From Squalus acanthias (lineage: Eukaryota), in the NCBI GenBank assembly GCA_030390025.1, contig CM059432.1:125242001-125306000 (forward strand): a DNA stretch of 64,000 nt, read 5' to 3'. Positions 51,363 through 64,000 of this stretch are shown here, one piece after another (within the stretch, counting starts at the first letter, position 1; every line of letters starts with the position of its first letter). The position numbers and the translations under genes were made by a program. Under the pieces are notes generated by a model. The model was given only the letters and a program-made list of their open reading frames with translations. It searched no databases and was not told where the DNA came from.

Positions 51363-53465
51363 TTTTTTTTTAATATTCGATCCCGGGAAGTGGGTGTCGC
51401 TGGCAAGGCCAGTATTTATTACCCATCTGTAATTGCCCTCAAGGTGGTGGTGAGCTGCCTTCTTGAACTGCTGCAGTCCATGTGGTGAAGGTACTCCCAC
51501 ACTGTTGTTAGGGAGGGAGTTCCAGGACTTTGAAGGAACGGTGATATATATCCAAGTCAGGATGGTGTGCGACTTGGAGGGGAACTTGGAGGTGATGGTT
51601 TTCCCCATGCGCCTGCTGTCCTTGTCCTTCTAGATGGTAGAGGTCGCAGCTTTGGGAGATGCTGTCGAAGGAGGCTTGGTTAGTTGCTGTAATGCATCTT
51701 GCAGATAGTACACACTGCAGCCACAGTGCGCCGGTAGTGGATGGGGTGCCAATCAAGCGGGCTGCTTTGTCCTGGATGATGTCGAGCTTCTTGAGTGTTG
51801 TTGGAGCTGCACTCATCCAGGCAAGTGGAGAGTATTCCATCACACTCCTGACTTGTGCCTCATAGATGGTGGAAAGGCTTTGGGGAGTCAGGAGGTGAGA
51901 CACTCGCCTCAGAATACCCAGCCTCTGACCTGCTCTTGTAGGCACAGTATTTATGTGGCTAGTCCAGTTAAGTTGCTGCTCAATGGTGACCCGCAGGATG
52001 TTGATGGTGGGGGATTCGGCAATGGTAATGCTATTGAATGTCAAGGGGCGGTGGTTAGACACTCTCTTGTTGGAGATGGTCATTGCCTGACATTTGTGTG
52101 GCGCAAATGTTACTTGCCACTTATCAGCCCATACCTGAATGTTGTCCAGGTCTTGCTGCACGCGGGCACGGACTGTTTCATTATCTGAGGAGTTGCGAAT
52201 GCAACGGAACACTGTGCAATCATCAGCGAACATCCCCACTTCTGACCTTATGATGAGGGAAAGTCATTGATGAAGCAGCTGAAGATGGTCAGGCCCAGGA
52301 AACCACCCTGAGGAACTCCTGTAGCAATGTCCTGGGACTGAGATGATTGGCCTCCAACAACCACAACCATCTTCCTTTGTGCTTGGTATGACGCCAGCCA
52401 ATGGAGAGTTCCCCCCGATTCCCACTGACTTCAATTTTACTAGGGCTACTTCATGCCACACTCGGTCAAATGCTGCCTTGATGTCAAGGGCAGTCACTCT
52501 TACCTTCAGAATTCAGCTCTTTTGTCCATGTCTGGACGAAGGCTGTAATGAGGTCTGGAACCGAGTGGTCCTGGCAGAACCCAAACTGAGCAAGTTATTA
52601 GTGAGAAAGTGCTGCTTTTTGTGGACAGGACATACCTGGGCAGTTTTCCACATTGTCGGGTAGATGCCAGTGTTGTAGCTATACTGGAACAGCTTGGCTA
52701 GAGGCGCAGCTAGTTCTGGAGCACAAGTCTTCAGCACAACAGTCGGGATGTTGTCGGGGCCCACAGCCTTTGCTGTGCGCTCAGCCGTTTCTTGATATCA
52801 TGGAGTGAATCGAATTGGCTGAAGACTGGCTTCTGTGATGGTGGGGACCCTCAGGCCAAGATGGATCATCCACTCAGCACTTCTGGCTGAAGATGGTTGC
52901 GAATGCTTCAGCCTTAGCTTTTGCACTCACGTGCATCATTGAGGATGGGGATATTCATGGAGCCTCCTCCTCCCGTTAGTTGTTAAATTGTCCACCACTG
53001 TTCACAACTGGATGTGGCAGGACTGCAAACCTTTGATCTGATCCATTGATTGTGGGATCGCTTAGCTCTGTTCATAGCATGCTCTTTAGCACATATGTAG
53101 TCCTGTGTTGTACCTTCAGCAGGTTGGCACTTCATTTTTAGGTATGCCTGGTGCTGCTCCTGGCATGCTTTTGTACACTCCTCCTTCAACCAGGATTTGT
53201 CCCTTGGCTTGATGGTAATTGTAGAGTCAGGGATATGCTGGGCCATGAGGTTACAGATTGTGGTGAAATACAATTCTGCTGCTGATGGCCCACAGCGTCT
53301 CAGGGATGCCCCGTTTTGAGCTGCTAGATCTGTTCTGAATCTAGCCCATTTCATAGAATCATAGAAATTTACACACAGAAGGAGGCCTTTCGGCCCATCG
53401 TGTCTGTGCCGGAATTTAGCACAGTGGTAGTGCCACACAACACAATGGAGTGTGTCCTCAGTATG
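51363..53465 (-). mobile_element. Second, 5'-truncated copy of the same APE-RT LINE family
   Basis: Colinear with 3552-5710 (MFADDCTVF, VMEYSPLAWMSAAPTTLKKLD); many indels; A-rich tail at ~51363-51375. Confidence 0.9.
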
Positions 53466-54279
53466 AAGGTATCCTGCATTGTAGCAGCAGGTCTCATATA
53501 TGCAATTCCCACAACATCAGTAAAAATCTCTGAATCCAATTTAATAAAATGGAACTGGATTTTTAAGTCGCCCCACTAATAAGTAACAAAGATAAAAATT
53601 TCCAATCCCATTTATGTTGCATTTAAAATAGAAAGGATAAGCCAAACCCAGTCTAGCATTCGACATACACAGCCATTTCCACTAAATAACAGTAAATTAC
53701 ACGTGGCATTCCCTGCAGTCAGTTGATGAATACAAGTTTTTATATACAGGATGGCAATGAAGTTAAGAGTCATGTTAGAAACTCATTCCACAGAACCACC
53801 TAGTGGCCAGCATCTGCAACTACATTGTGACAGTTGACAGTCATTTACGATAGTAAATATGACAGGATTGAAATACAAATATACTGATATTGTGGACAGG
53901 AATTGTGCACCCCACACAAGATTTTTAACTAGTCAATCTCTTGTGTGTTGCAGAAAGGAAGACAAGACCAGTGTAGTCTTCAGGTGAAGCAGGGTTAGGG
54001 CCCAGGGGATAATTGGACGAAGACATGCAGGTATGATTCAGTTCCCATTTTTAAGTAAAATTCCTCATTCCCAGTTTAAGTTCCTAGGTCCACATTTATA
54101 ATGGCAACTGCCTACGTAAACAGGTCGTGCTGTAATTACAACTTCCTGTCAGTGGTGGTGCTGCAGTGCCTCTACTTGCAAGAGGATACAATTACAACAT
54201 AACATTTATATAAGCAATTTCCATTCTAAATGTGGACATAGGAAAGGCATGCAGACATAGAAAGCACGTCAGGTTCCAA

Positions 54280-55153
54280 ATGTATGCCAACGACACCGAC
54301 ACCCAGCTCTAACCTCAAAGCCACCTCTCTTGACCCCTCCACTGCCTCCGATTTATCACGCTGCTTGTCCAACATCCAGTACTGGATGAGCAGAAATTTC
54401 CTCCAATTAAATATTGGGAAGACCGAAGTCACTGTCTTCGGTCCCCACCACAAACTCCATTCCCTAGTCACCAACTCCATCCCTCGCCCTAGCCACTGTC
54501 TGATGCTGAACCAGACCGTTCACATCCTTGGCGTCCTATTTGACCCTGAGCTGAGCTTCCGACCACATATCATCTTCATCACTAAGACCGTCTATTTCCA
54601 CCTCCGTAACATTGCCCGTCTCCATCCTTGCCTCAGCTCATCCGCTGCTGAAACCCTCATCCTTGCCTTGGTTACCTCTAGACTGGACTATTCCAACGCA
54701 CTCCTGGCTGGCCTCCCACCTTGCGCCCTCCGTAAACTGGAGCTCATCCAAAACTCTGCTGCCCATATCCTAACTCGCACCAAGTCCCGTTCACCCATCA
54801 CTCCTGTGCGCGCTGATCAAATTGGCTCCTGGTCCAGCAACACCTCGATTTTAAAATTCTCATCCTAGTTTTCAAATTCCTCCATGGCCTCGCCCCTCCC
54901 CATCTCTGTAACCTCCTCCAGCCCTACAATCCTCTGAAATCTCGGTGCTCCTCCAATTCTGGCCATATCCCTGATTTTCTTCGCTCCACCATTAGCAGCC
55001 ATGCCATCAGCCATCTAGACTCCAAGCTCCGGAATTCCCTCCCTAAACCCCTCTCTCCTCCTTTAAGATGCTCCTTCAAACCTAACTCTTTGAAAGGCCT
55101 TGGGACATTTTACTACGTTAAAGACACTATATAAATGCAAGTTGTTGTTGTTG
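54280..55153 (+). mobile_element. L2-clade LINE 3' fragment
   Basis: CLSNIQYWMSRNFLQLNIGKTE, LGVLFDPELSF, LVTSRLDYSNALLAGLP (L2 RT/C-terminus); tail CTATATAAATGCAAGTTGTTGTTGTTG. Confidence 0.9.
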
Positions 55154-55255
55154 ATATCCTCCACTTGGGGGGGGGGGAAAAGAGAGAAGAAACCCTAAAA
55201 TGTTCACATCTCCAATCCTCAGGTTTTCAAAATTTAGTTACTGTTGAAGACTTAC

Positions 55256-55400
55256 CTTAAATAGTGCAGGTCAGAGATTTCTTTCATACAGAGCCAACAG
55301 AACTCACAACCACATACTGCACAAGTCATATGATTACAGCTTCCATCATTCATTTTTATTATGTACGCTGCACATCGCGGGCAAGGTTTAATATCATCTG
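55256..55400 (-). CDS. RNF19A: RNF19A exon, RING2 domain
   Basis: Acceptor ttttttgcAG, donor GTaagt; 145 nt. (A)[47 protein letters not shown](S), with the RBR catalytic C-N-H-M motif. Confidence 0.95.
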
Positions 55401-56214
55401 CTGCAAAAAAGAAACCATGATAAATCACATTATTAATAAATAGAAATAAATAAAATGGTTAGGCAAGATAGCAATGGATCAATGTATTGTAGACCGAATT
55501 AAACAGTACATAACCAGCATTGCAAGTTCATAAGCAGTCAGACCTAGTAAGTGCACTTTTGTTTTCCTTTTTTTCCCTGATTTTTTAGTATATAGTCATT
55601 CTTGCTATTTATAATTATTTGGTTCCCGATGTATTATGCAGTTTTTAAACTAAAAAAAGTAACATTTCAAAAGTGCGCCACAATGAAATGAAATGCCTGT
55701 ATACACGTTGTTTAAAAAAAACCATAATAAGTCATAGCTCAACAGATCAGATACAACAGTGTCTTTATGAAGTACTTTTTCTGTTTTACAGAAATAAAGC
55801 TTTTATTACATTAAGTTCAATAATATCGTAACCAAATTCGGCAATTGGAGTTGATCTTACACCAGCAAGCCAGAAGGTCTGAATATCCTGGAAATTATAA
55901 TAAAATAAATTAAAGCTACTATGGCAGGAAAAGTACACACTGTTCTACTGCGTCAGAAGAAGAGTGTTTCCATGACCCATGTTGCAGCATTTTATCTACA
56001 AAGGCTGAGTAGGGTTCAACAGTGCACTATGGTGTATGCAAGACATAGAAACTGATGTTCACAGTCTCTGTCGGGCGTGAACCGGGCAGTTGCATTTCAA
56101 AAACTGTGGGGTTGAACGCAATGCCCATTCCCACTCCACCTGCTAGTACTTCCTTTGGACCTTCACATGGGCAGCCCAGACACCTGCCTGTTGCAGATGA
56201 GAACCCTACTAGTA

Positions 56215-56435
56215 ATATGAAAACTAGGAACCATAAATACAAGATAGTCACTAATAAATCCAATAAAAAATTCAGGAGAAACTTCTTTACCCAGAGAGTG
56301 GTTAGAATGTGGAACTTGCTACCACAGGGAGTGGTTGAGGCAAAAAGCATGGATGTATTTAAGGGTAGGCTCGTGTGGACCATAAACATGGACCAGTTGG
56401 GTAAAATGGCCTGTTTCTGTGCTGTAAATTCTATG
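56215..56435 (+). mobile_element. CR1 3' end fragment
   Basis: KTRNHKYKI...RRNFFTQRVVRMWN and tail GGCCTGTTTCTGTGCTGTAAATTCTATG. Confidence 0.85.
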
Positions 56436-57837
56436 CAAAAATGCTTACAATTTTAAAGTGATCAATGAACAGACAGTGCATCACACAAACTTCACCCATT
56501 GCTACCAGACATGGAGTGGCCTAACCCAAGCAAGCTGTGGCAAAACCAGTTAAATTTCTGTCTTTTGAGCCAGGAAGAGCATAAAAAGTCCTCAGGAACT
56601 CACAAAAATGTTCCCATCCACCTCGTCTCCTCTCCCCCCACTAACCCATTATTTCCAGCTGAGCTCTGCTGAAGAGCCACCAGAGTTCCCTCCCACTCCA
56701 ACGGGTGCTCACAGCTAGTCATTCAAGTGGAATTGAAGTCTGGGCCTCCTGCCAAGGACATAGGGCGGTGCCATTGCACAACCCGCCCAATGTCCACACA
56801 AAGTAAAACCTGCCCACATTGTTGACATAGTTTATCATCCTACACATATATTACGTGCAAGAAAGGGTTCACCAAATCAATTGTAACCGAGATTGGATAA
56901 ATGCATTCTGTGACAACATGGCGGCATCTCTTGACCTGGAAAATCTCAAATAAATCACCAACATTAAACCTACACTAGTGTTCGATATGGATAATACAAA
57001 ACACAAAATGTTCACATTGATGGAAATGTCAGTAGAAAGAGGGATAAAGTTAAAAAGAAAAGGAATTTCAAAGAAACAGAAATAATGTATTCAGCAATGT
57101 AAAAAATATATAACCATTACAGGAAAGTATCTGGATTAAATGTTTGATGTGCTGTTTTCTCAACTCAAAATTAAGCTTATACTTTATACCCAGAAAAATT
57201 GCAGCAGCATTTAATGAGTCATTCTGCACAGTCCGATCTTGGTTTCATTGGCCAGCAACCAAGACCATCATTTATGGACAGAGTTAGGAATGCAACTATA
57301 CACAGGAACATTTTCGAACCAGGCTCTTGTAAGCTTACAAGCAGTTTGGAAGATAAACTGCACAATGTTATTGATGAGCACACAAATAAACACTTTTGAG
57401 AGGTTGTAAAATGGGGTAGTTTAGTAGAAAGCAAAAGGGCTCATCTGAAGCACTGGTTTTTCAAGTAGTCATTTTCCTTGCCAGCAAGACTAAACTTGTA
57501 TGGGCAGGCAAGTTCCATTAAAACCTTCATAGGCGAGGTCAATACTGTTTACCCTTTGACTGGGTTAATGGGCTGCTTGGCAAAGAGAACTTTTTAAAAT
57601 CTATGTGGTTTACAGTATTACCTAAACAGGTGAATAGGACAATAATTCTGGAAACCTGGAAACCTACAAACAAAGCATAGCATGTATTTCTATAGGAGGA
57701 GATTCCATCAAGAAAATGGTTACCTGTGGAGCGAGATGGTAAAATCTGATTGACCAGGAGGCTGTTTATTTCAGGTAACCCCTTTCTTCCCGAAATCTCG
57801 TCCTGAACGTATCTACGAAGAGTCCAGTTTTCTGTAC

Positions 57838-58046
57838 CTGCTGCACCAGATTCCTGACTGTAGCTGATTGACGACGAGCGTATTGTTCTTAATCGTAAAC
57901 TTTGCGCTCGCTGTTGACGTGCTGCATCACAAGTCTGATTTGGATGCCATATTTGCTTACAGTGGTAACAGAACTCAGTGCCACACCCTTCACGGGCACA
58001 AGTGAGCTTTGGACAGCTGGCACAGCCAAACGCTATCACTGCATAA
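57838..58046 (-). CDS. RNF19A: RNF19A exon, IBR domain
   Basis: Acceptor tttttgcAG, donor GTacag; 209 nt. [69 protein letters not shown]. Confidence 0.95.
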
Positions 58047-60016
58047 CTGCAAAAACAAAAATAAATGAATTATTGTCTGTATGAAAACAAATTCAGTCCT
58101 TACCTCCACTCTATTTCACTGGACATCAAATAAAATCTTTGATTGTAAACTAGCCACATATGCATCCTAAAGGTTTCTCAGACTTCAAAAGTTTGAATCA
58201 CTCAGCACCTTCATACAAACCCTCAGATCCATTTTACCAGTACTCAATCACTGCAAAGCAGCTCTGATCTAAACCCCAACTCCCAAATTGAGCAATTAGA
58301 CCAGTATTACAAATTTGGGTCGGCCACAGATACCCTCTCTGGTTCAGTGATTTCAGTCGTTCCCATAAATGGTCTGAGCGCCTTACTTTATGGGTGTTGA
58401 TTCACACTGCTCTACAGCTACTCTCACAATAGCGTAACCCAAGGGTTTGTAACATTAGTACGCCATTGCGACTTGAACCAGATGTCCTCATCTTTCGCAC
58501 ATGTGCTTCTCCAATCGCTCCGGAGACAGATGGAGCAAACAATTGGTGAGACAGGGCAGATATGAATGGATGAGCTGCATTAATTCACAGTAAGGTGAAC
58601 ATACAGACAGCAGTTATGAGACTCACTTAATTGCCAGCGTTAAATTTAAACTTGTATTCTCAGGGTTAAAAGCCCAGTCATATAGAGAAGTTCTCAAAAG
58701 AGTCCTGAGCTGAGACACCAGACAGGATGGGCTGCAGAGAACTTCATAAGATGCAAATTGCTAAGGAAAGCAGAACATGGAATGTCAATGGTAATTGTCA
58801 AACGGCTGAAGTGACTGCATTCAATCACAGACTTCCTTGCCAGTGTCAAAAACTGGGGCATTGGGTTTGATTGATAGTTATGTCGGAAACCTTTGAGAAA
58901 GGGACAGGGAGCATACTCGTTGATTTGACTGTAGTCCTCTTTGAGGGACAGCTTGGTGGCCAGGGGTCTCCAATTTCAGGATAATATTGGGTTTTTAGTG
59001 CTTATTTCAAGCCTGTCTTCAGTTTTGCATCAGAGAAGGACTGCGTTTTAAAATTGTGCTGCCTAGCAGAGGGGCAAGGTCAGTTTAGGGCCGCGACATG
59101 CTTCACAATGTGTGCGAGAGGTGAGGGAGGTAGGTGAGCAAGTGAGTGTGAATGAGGGCGAGTTTGAGAACACAGAATAATGCAGCACAATATATTCCAG
59201 TAGCTGATGTAGAGTAAGAGTCACCCGGGTGTTATATTGCTCAAAATACTCTCTGCATATGAAACTCAACGTTGAAAGGCCAGAATCTATAATCTATAAC
59301 TGTGCTCCTGGGTGCTCTTCAGTTTACATGTTTGCAGTGTTGTCCGTAGGATTTTAGCAAAGCATGAAAATGCCACATGCTCATCCTTGCGAGCTTTACT
59401 AAAATCTTAGGGGCAACACAGAAAACTTTGGAACATTCAGCAGCTTTCTGTTCCAAGGCTTCAGGTTGGTCACACTGTTGAGATTACTAGAAACACCTTT
59501 AAGCAGAACATCTCATTGGGATTAAATAACTAATGGGGCCAGAAAAACAACAGCTTGTATGCTGTCGGACGTATTGTGCATCACTTGGCAAATACATTAG
59601 TTTCTTCATGTTTGGCAATTACATTCAGTCTGATGTCCTACTCATTTTTTATTTTGAAGGGCAGGAACCATCAACTATTGGAGCTCGAAATCTGAGCAGC
59701 CCACTGGCTCAGTAAAACTGCACCTTTTACTACATTAAAGCTATATAAATGCAAGTTGCTGTTGTTGAAACATCACAAAATTGTTTTAAGAATTTGACAG
59801 TATCACAGTTATAGAAGCATGGATATAAGGTGCACTAGACATAATCCTTAGTTAAAGAAAGAATTTGTCTATGTTGAGGATTTATAGAAAGCTGGGTAAA
59901 CAACACCAAGTGCGTGAAACAGAAAAAATGTTGTTTTTTCTGATGACTCGGGTGATTTATCCCTTGCACATATGCAAAGGGACAAACTACCAATACAATT
60001 AGACTAGGAGTATTTT

Positions 60017-60375
60017 TGGCTCCCCCGATGGCTGAGAGTTTCTCCAGTGAGTAGAGTACATCTCCTGACTGTGTTGAACTAGTTGATCGAAGTTTGGGTA
60101 GTTGTACGGCCACAATTAATTGACCTCAGCAGCCCAGGTTAGAAAGGGGGAAAACTGACCAGCGTTCCCTCTCCTGATCGCTATTAAATCAACTACTATG
60201 TGCCATCAGGATTGGCCTCAGCCGTCATGCACTCACGATGGAAAAGCCTCAATACCACTGTCAAGGCTCCCAATGAAATAAAGACTATTTGGGCAAGATA
60301 CCTGAGACTGCCTAGCACCCAGAGAACTGAACCTCAGCATGTAGTCAACACATGCAGGGAAAGAAGAAAATTAAT
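60017..60375 (+). mobile_element. Old tRNA-derived SINE, same family, + orientation
   Basis: ctcccccgatggctgag head; tcctgatcgctat; cactgtcaaggctc; ttgggcaagatacc...gcacccagagaactg: the reverse complement of motifs in the other copies. Confidence 0.6.
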
Positions 60376-61572
60376 GAGGAGAGAAAAATGCATGTGGTTA
60401 TTTTTAATTCTCTATATGCATGCAACTTCAGAATTATATACATGGGCCAGGGCTGGGCGCAATACTGGGCATTCAGGCCCTATTTAGACAGCACATACCA
60501 TTGAATTCAGATTTAAGTCCAAGTTTGAGATCACTGAAAGCAAATCTAGATTCAATAGGTTAGGTATATGCTTCAAGGAATCCTTATAATAAAGAATTTT
60601 AGTATTTAACTGTCGAAGTTCGTACACCTCCAAAAAATCCTATGTTGACAATCTCAGGTCAATAAATGTAAACTAACTGAAGTGTAAATCAAATTAAAAT
60701 GTTATTTATAGCACTTCCCCATCCCAAAACACAAAGCAAGCAATGGGTTTACCTCTATTTTTAACTGCTCAATTTAGGTTAGAGAAGGAACAAAATAATG
60801 TTGGAATTTTTTAAGCTTCCTGAATCCTATGAGCCACCATCATACAAAAGGATCAAATATTTAGCCACGTAACATCAGTTTTATTGTAATTTCTAAAAGC
60901 ATTTTATGCATGCAACCACAAAAGTATTAGCTGTTCCATGATTCAAACTGACTTATAAGTTAGAGACTTTCATTTCTTAGAAATGTGCTTTGAAACTCAG
61001 AAGTTAACATCTGTAATGCTTCAAGCCAACAGTCCCATTACACATACTTAATCGTCAGTTCATGTTCATGTACTCCTAACTATCTTTACAAAAGTGAACA
61101 ATTACACCAACTGCAAATGCTTATTGTTTAACCCTGTAACATATGTGACTCAAATCTCTGCATCTAAATCCAACCCATCAAGCTTTTTATTGCACCCGAC
61201 AAATCAAAATGAAAAAATGGATTGGCCTATGACCAGCACTTTAAAAAAAACCTAGACTGATCTTTAAGTATAAAATAAATCTTAAATGCTCAAGACATGA
61301 AATGTTCTAGTGCTTAAGAGTGCACAGGCAAGATGAGTAATCTTGCTGTTTTATGATGAAATCAGACTAGTGGAATATTCGTCTTGGAAGAGGGCTATGT
61401 AATTTGGTTAAATAAGAGAAGTCTGTTTTTCTCTCCACACACTAAGGCTTTCTGATATCAAGCTAGGTGTATCCTATGAAGAACAGTAACAATGGAATAC
61501 AGCAGAAAAAAAGTAAACGACAGAAAATGCTGGAAACACTCAGCAGGTCAGGCAGCATCGTGGAGAGAGAAA

Positions 61573-61611
61573 CAGTTAACGTTTCAGGTCGATGACATTT
61601 CGTCAGAACTG
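61573..61611 (-). ncRNA. Minimal type I hammerhead ribozyme motif within a probable Penelope-like terminal repeat (61520-61625)
   Basis: Minus strand reads CAGUU-CUGACGA-A-AUGUC-AUC-GACCU-GAAA-CG-UU-AACUG: stem I, catalytic core, stem II with one mismatch, and a palindromic minimal stem III. Confidence 0.7.
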
Positions 61612-63232
61612 GAAAAAGTTGGAGAAATAACAGATATTTAAGCTAAAGGTTGCTCCTTTGATTTTGCAATTTATTTGTATTTTTGAGGGGGGTGGGGGTG
61701 GGGGAAGAAACACAATTAGTCTTTAGATGATCATTTGAAATACTAAACTGAATGCACAGGTTTAAGTGAATAATCCACCAAGTTTTATACTAGAAACTTA
61801 ATTTAAAAAAGGATGGAAACCAAATGCTCATCTAACATTTCCTAATTTCAGCATAAAGCTTGCTCAATTCGCTATGTAGCAAGAATGCACATATGAAAAC
61901 ATTTTAAAGACAGCACTGGGTGCAAGTGCTTTTGCCCAAATTAGTTCCCTAATGGCTTTCTGATGACGTGGGAGTATCCTTAATCACTTCCTCACCAGTG
62001 GAAGCATACTAAGCATTCGCAAGATGCTGGTATATTAGACAACTGTTTAGAAAGAGATAATGTGCTGCCAATCCCCAGGGTAAATGCATTCTGAACATGG
62101 TACTTTCAGAAGCAAATCGGCAATGAAACGTGTAACATATGGTGGGCTTGCAAGCCTCCTTTTATTATTATACAGTCTGGTTTATTTGAAAGTATAATCT
62201 GAAATATTCCTTTAAAGGTTTTCTATACCAGCTACTGTTTAGTAAGAAACCAGCGCTGGTTAACAAATGGATTACAGTTCAATTGGTGTGCAGTAGCAAA
62301 TCACATTTTATCTGCCAGAACTTATGCAATGGAAATGCTCGTCACCTAAGTGATCTAAAACTAGTTAACCGCACTGTTCAGCACTGGATCTCATGAATGT
62401 TCCTACCACAGTCACTCATATGCCAATTACATTTGAATTCATTTCTCAGATGAAAAAAGCCTCACCTTCCAAGAGATTCCCAGACTTCTCATGGAGACTG
62501 AGATCTGTGGCAACAGTCACTTGGCGGGGGATCAAGAATGCTATTTAATAAAAATCGAGTACTGTAACAACTAAATTGTGCACACAAAGCTGAAGGTTGA
62601 GCCAGAATCAGAGGCCCAGTCACCATGTACAAGATTTTAGCTAATACTAATTGCTTTTAAAGTGTGTTTTGCTTTATAATGGTCTCACTTAAGTACTTGT
62701 GGGAATTTACTTGCCCCCATTTCTCAGTTAATTCAAAAAGTTTAACAAATACTCATCCGTTTGTATAGTGCATTAGTATTGTGTTTGTAACATTGGTAAA
62801 CACAATACTAATACACTATACAAAACTACAAGTTTTTTTTCCCCAAAAAGAAAAGTAGAATAATTACTAACTGAAATTTTATTGACTTCAGATCTTACTG
62901 CACAATTGCAGAAATTAGGAATGCTATCTTCATATTTTTCTAATGCAGCATTATTCAAAGCAATGAGCAGCTGAAGGTGCCAGGACTGAATGACAAATAT
63001 CACTTTACAATATCCAAACTTGGAAATTCCAAAAACAGTGGAATAGTCACTGCATAGGCTACTGAAAAGGCAAGTATTAGAGAGAAAAAGCTTTTCTCCT
63101 TGTCTTAAAATCAGACCGTGTACTTTTTCCGTGAACACTGGAGGACAACAGCTACTCAGATGATTATTCTTTTAAAGGAAGAAAGGCAGAGAGTTACCAT
63201 TTTCACATTTGGCCAGTCAGACATACAGGGAG

Positions 63233-63973
63233 GGGGGTGAAATTGGGTTTGGGGCAATAACTTTTAAAAGTTTGGAAAATTAGCAGCAGGCGCTATGTTT
63301 TTCTAACTTTAAAAAAATTCAGTTTTCTCGCTCCAAGAGGGAGGTGGAACGCTAAATCAAGCGCTCCACTTCCCTCTTGGAGCACGATCGGCAGCAGGTG
63401 GGGCAGCGAGTTTTGCAGCGCTGCACACTGGGCCATGCAGCGCTGCTGCGTCGGAAGGTCCTTCCCTCTCTTAAAGGGAAGGGCCATCGCTGCAGACTCT
63501 GCAAAAGAAAGGCCACGTACCTGGACCACCAAGGGAGAGCGAACCTGCACGATCAGCCCAGCACTCACTCAGAGCGCCGGGCTAATCGATCGCGGGCAGG
63601 AACCCGCGGGGAAAAAACTGATCAAAAAAGGTAATTTTTTTTTTTTTTTTAACTTACCTTGGCCACCTCGCCTTTAAGCATCGCCCCCGAAGTGGCCGGT
63701 CGCCAGATGCATATCCCCTGAAACTGGCGTTTTCGCCCGCCGATGTTTCAGGGCGGAAATTAATTTCGGGTCCAGGGTGCTACCGGGGCGATGCGTGGCC
63801 GGATGACATCACTATCTCCCCCGCAAGCGGGCATGGCGATAGGGGTTACCGCCGCCACAAACCGGCAGGTGAATTTCATGGGTGGTGATAGCATTGCGCA
63901 CCCGGGCGGTAAGAACCTTAGCGCCCCCCCAGAGGCGATAACGGGAGGCGCCAAGGCACCAAATTTCTAGCCC
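63233..63973. mobile_element. CpG-rich non-autonomous TIR element
   Basis: GGGGGTGAAATTGGGT at left vs ACCAAATTTCTAGCCC at right (imperfect inverted); abrupt GC/CpG shift relative to the flanking intron. Confidence 0.55.
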
Positions 63974-64000
63974 ACAGTGTGCATCTTGGAGGCCTCTTCC

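Noticed and set aside
63233..63973. CpG island / RNF19A promoter
   Set aside because: The RING1 coding exon still lies upstream beyond the window, and the GC-rich block has TIR-like ends, so it is better explained as a DNA element.

Overview
Vertebrate nuclear DNA, most likely a cartilaginous fish (inferred from the repeat families and protein divergence). Two convergent genes occupy the window. On + are the last two coding exons of SPAG1 (RPAP3_C domain, stop at 17795). On - are eight coding exons of the RBR E3 ligase RNF19A/Dorfin, from the IBR exon (58046) to the stop (26930); its 5' exons lie beyond the window. All exon phases join consistently through GT-AG introns. The rest is intronic or intergenic and rich in dead retroelements: several CR1-type LINEs, two copies of a distinct APE-RT LINE, an L2 fragment, a Deu-type SINE, an old tRNA-derived SINE family, probable Penelope-like terminal repeats and several MITEs. 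Three observations stand out. (1) A ~3.1 kb LINE has a tRNA/SINE-like Pol III head fused directly to an APE-RT frame with no ORF1. (2) A minimal hammerhead-ribozyme motif lies sense to the RNF19A pre-mRNA, and the same repeat forms a TSD-flanked 184-bp fold-back elsewhere. (3) Inverted same-subfamily CR1 copies bracket two RNF19A exons. There are no prokaryotic features such as CRISPR arrays or operons. Repeat boundaries were read by eye and are approximate unless a TSD or TIR is quoted.
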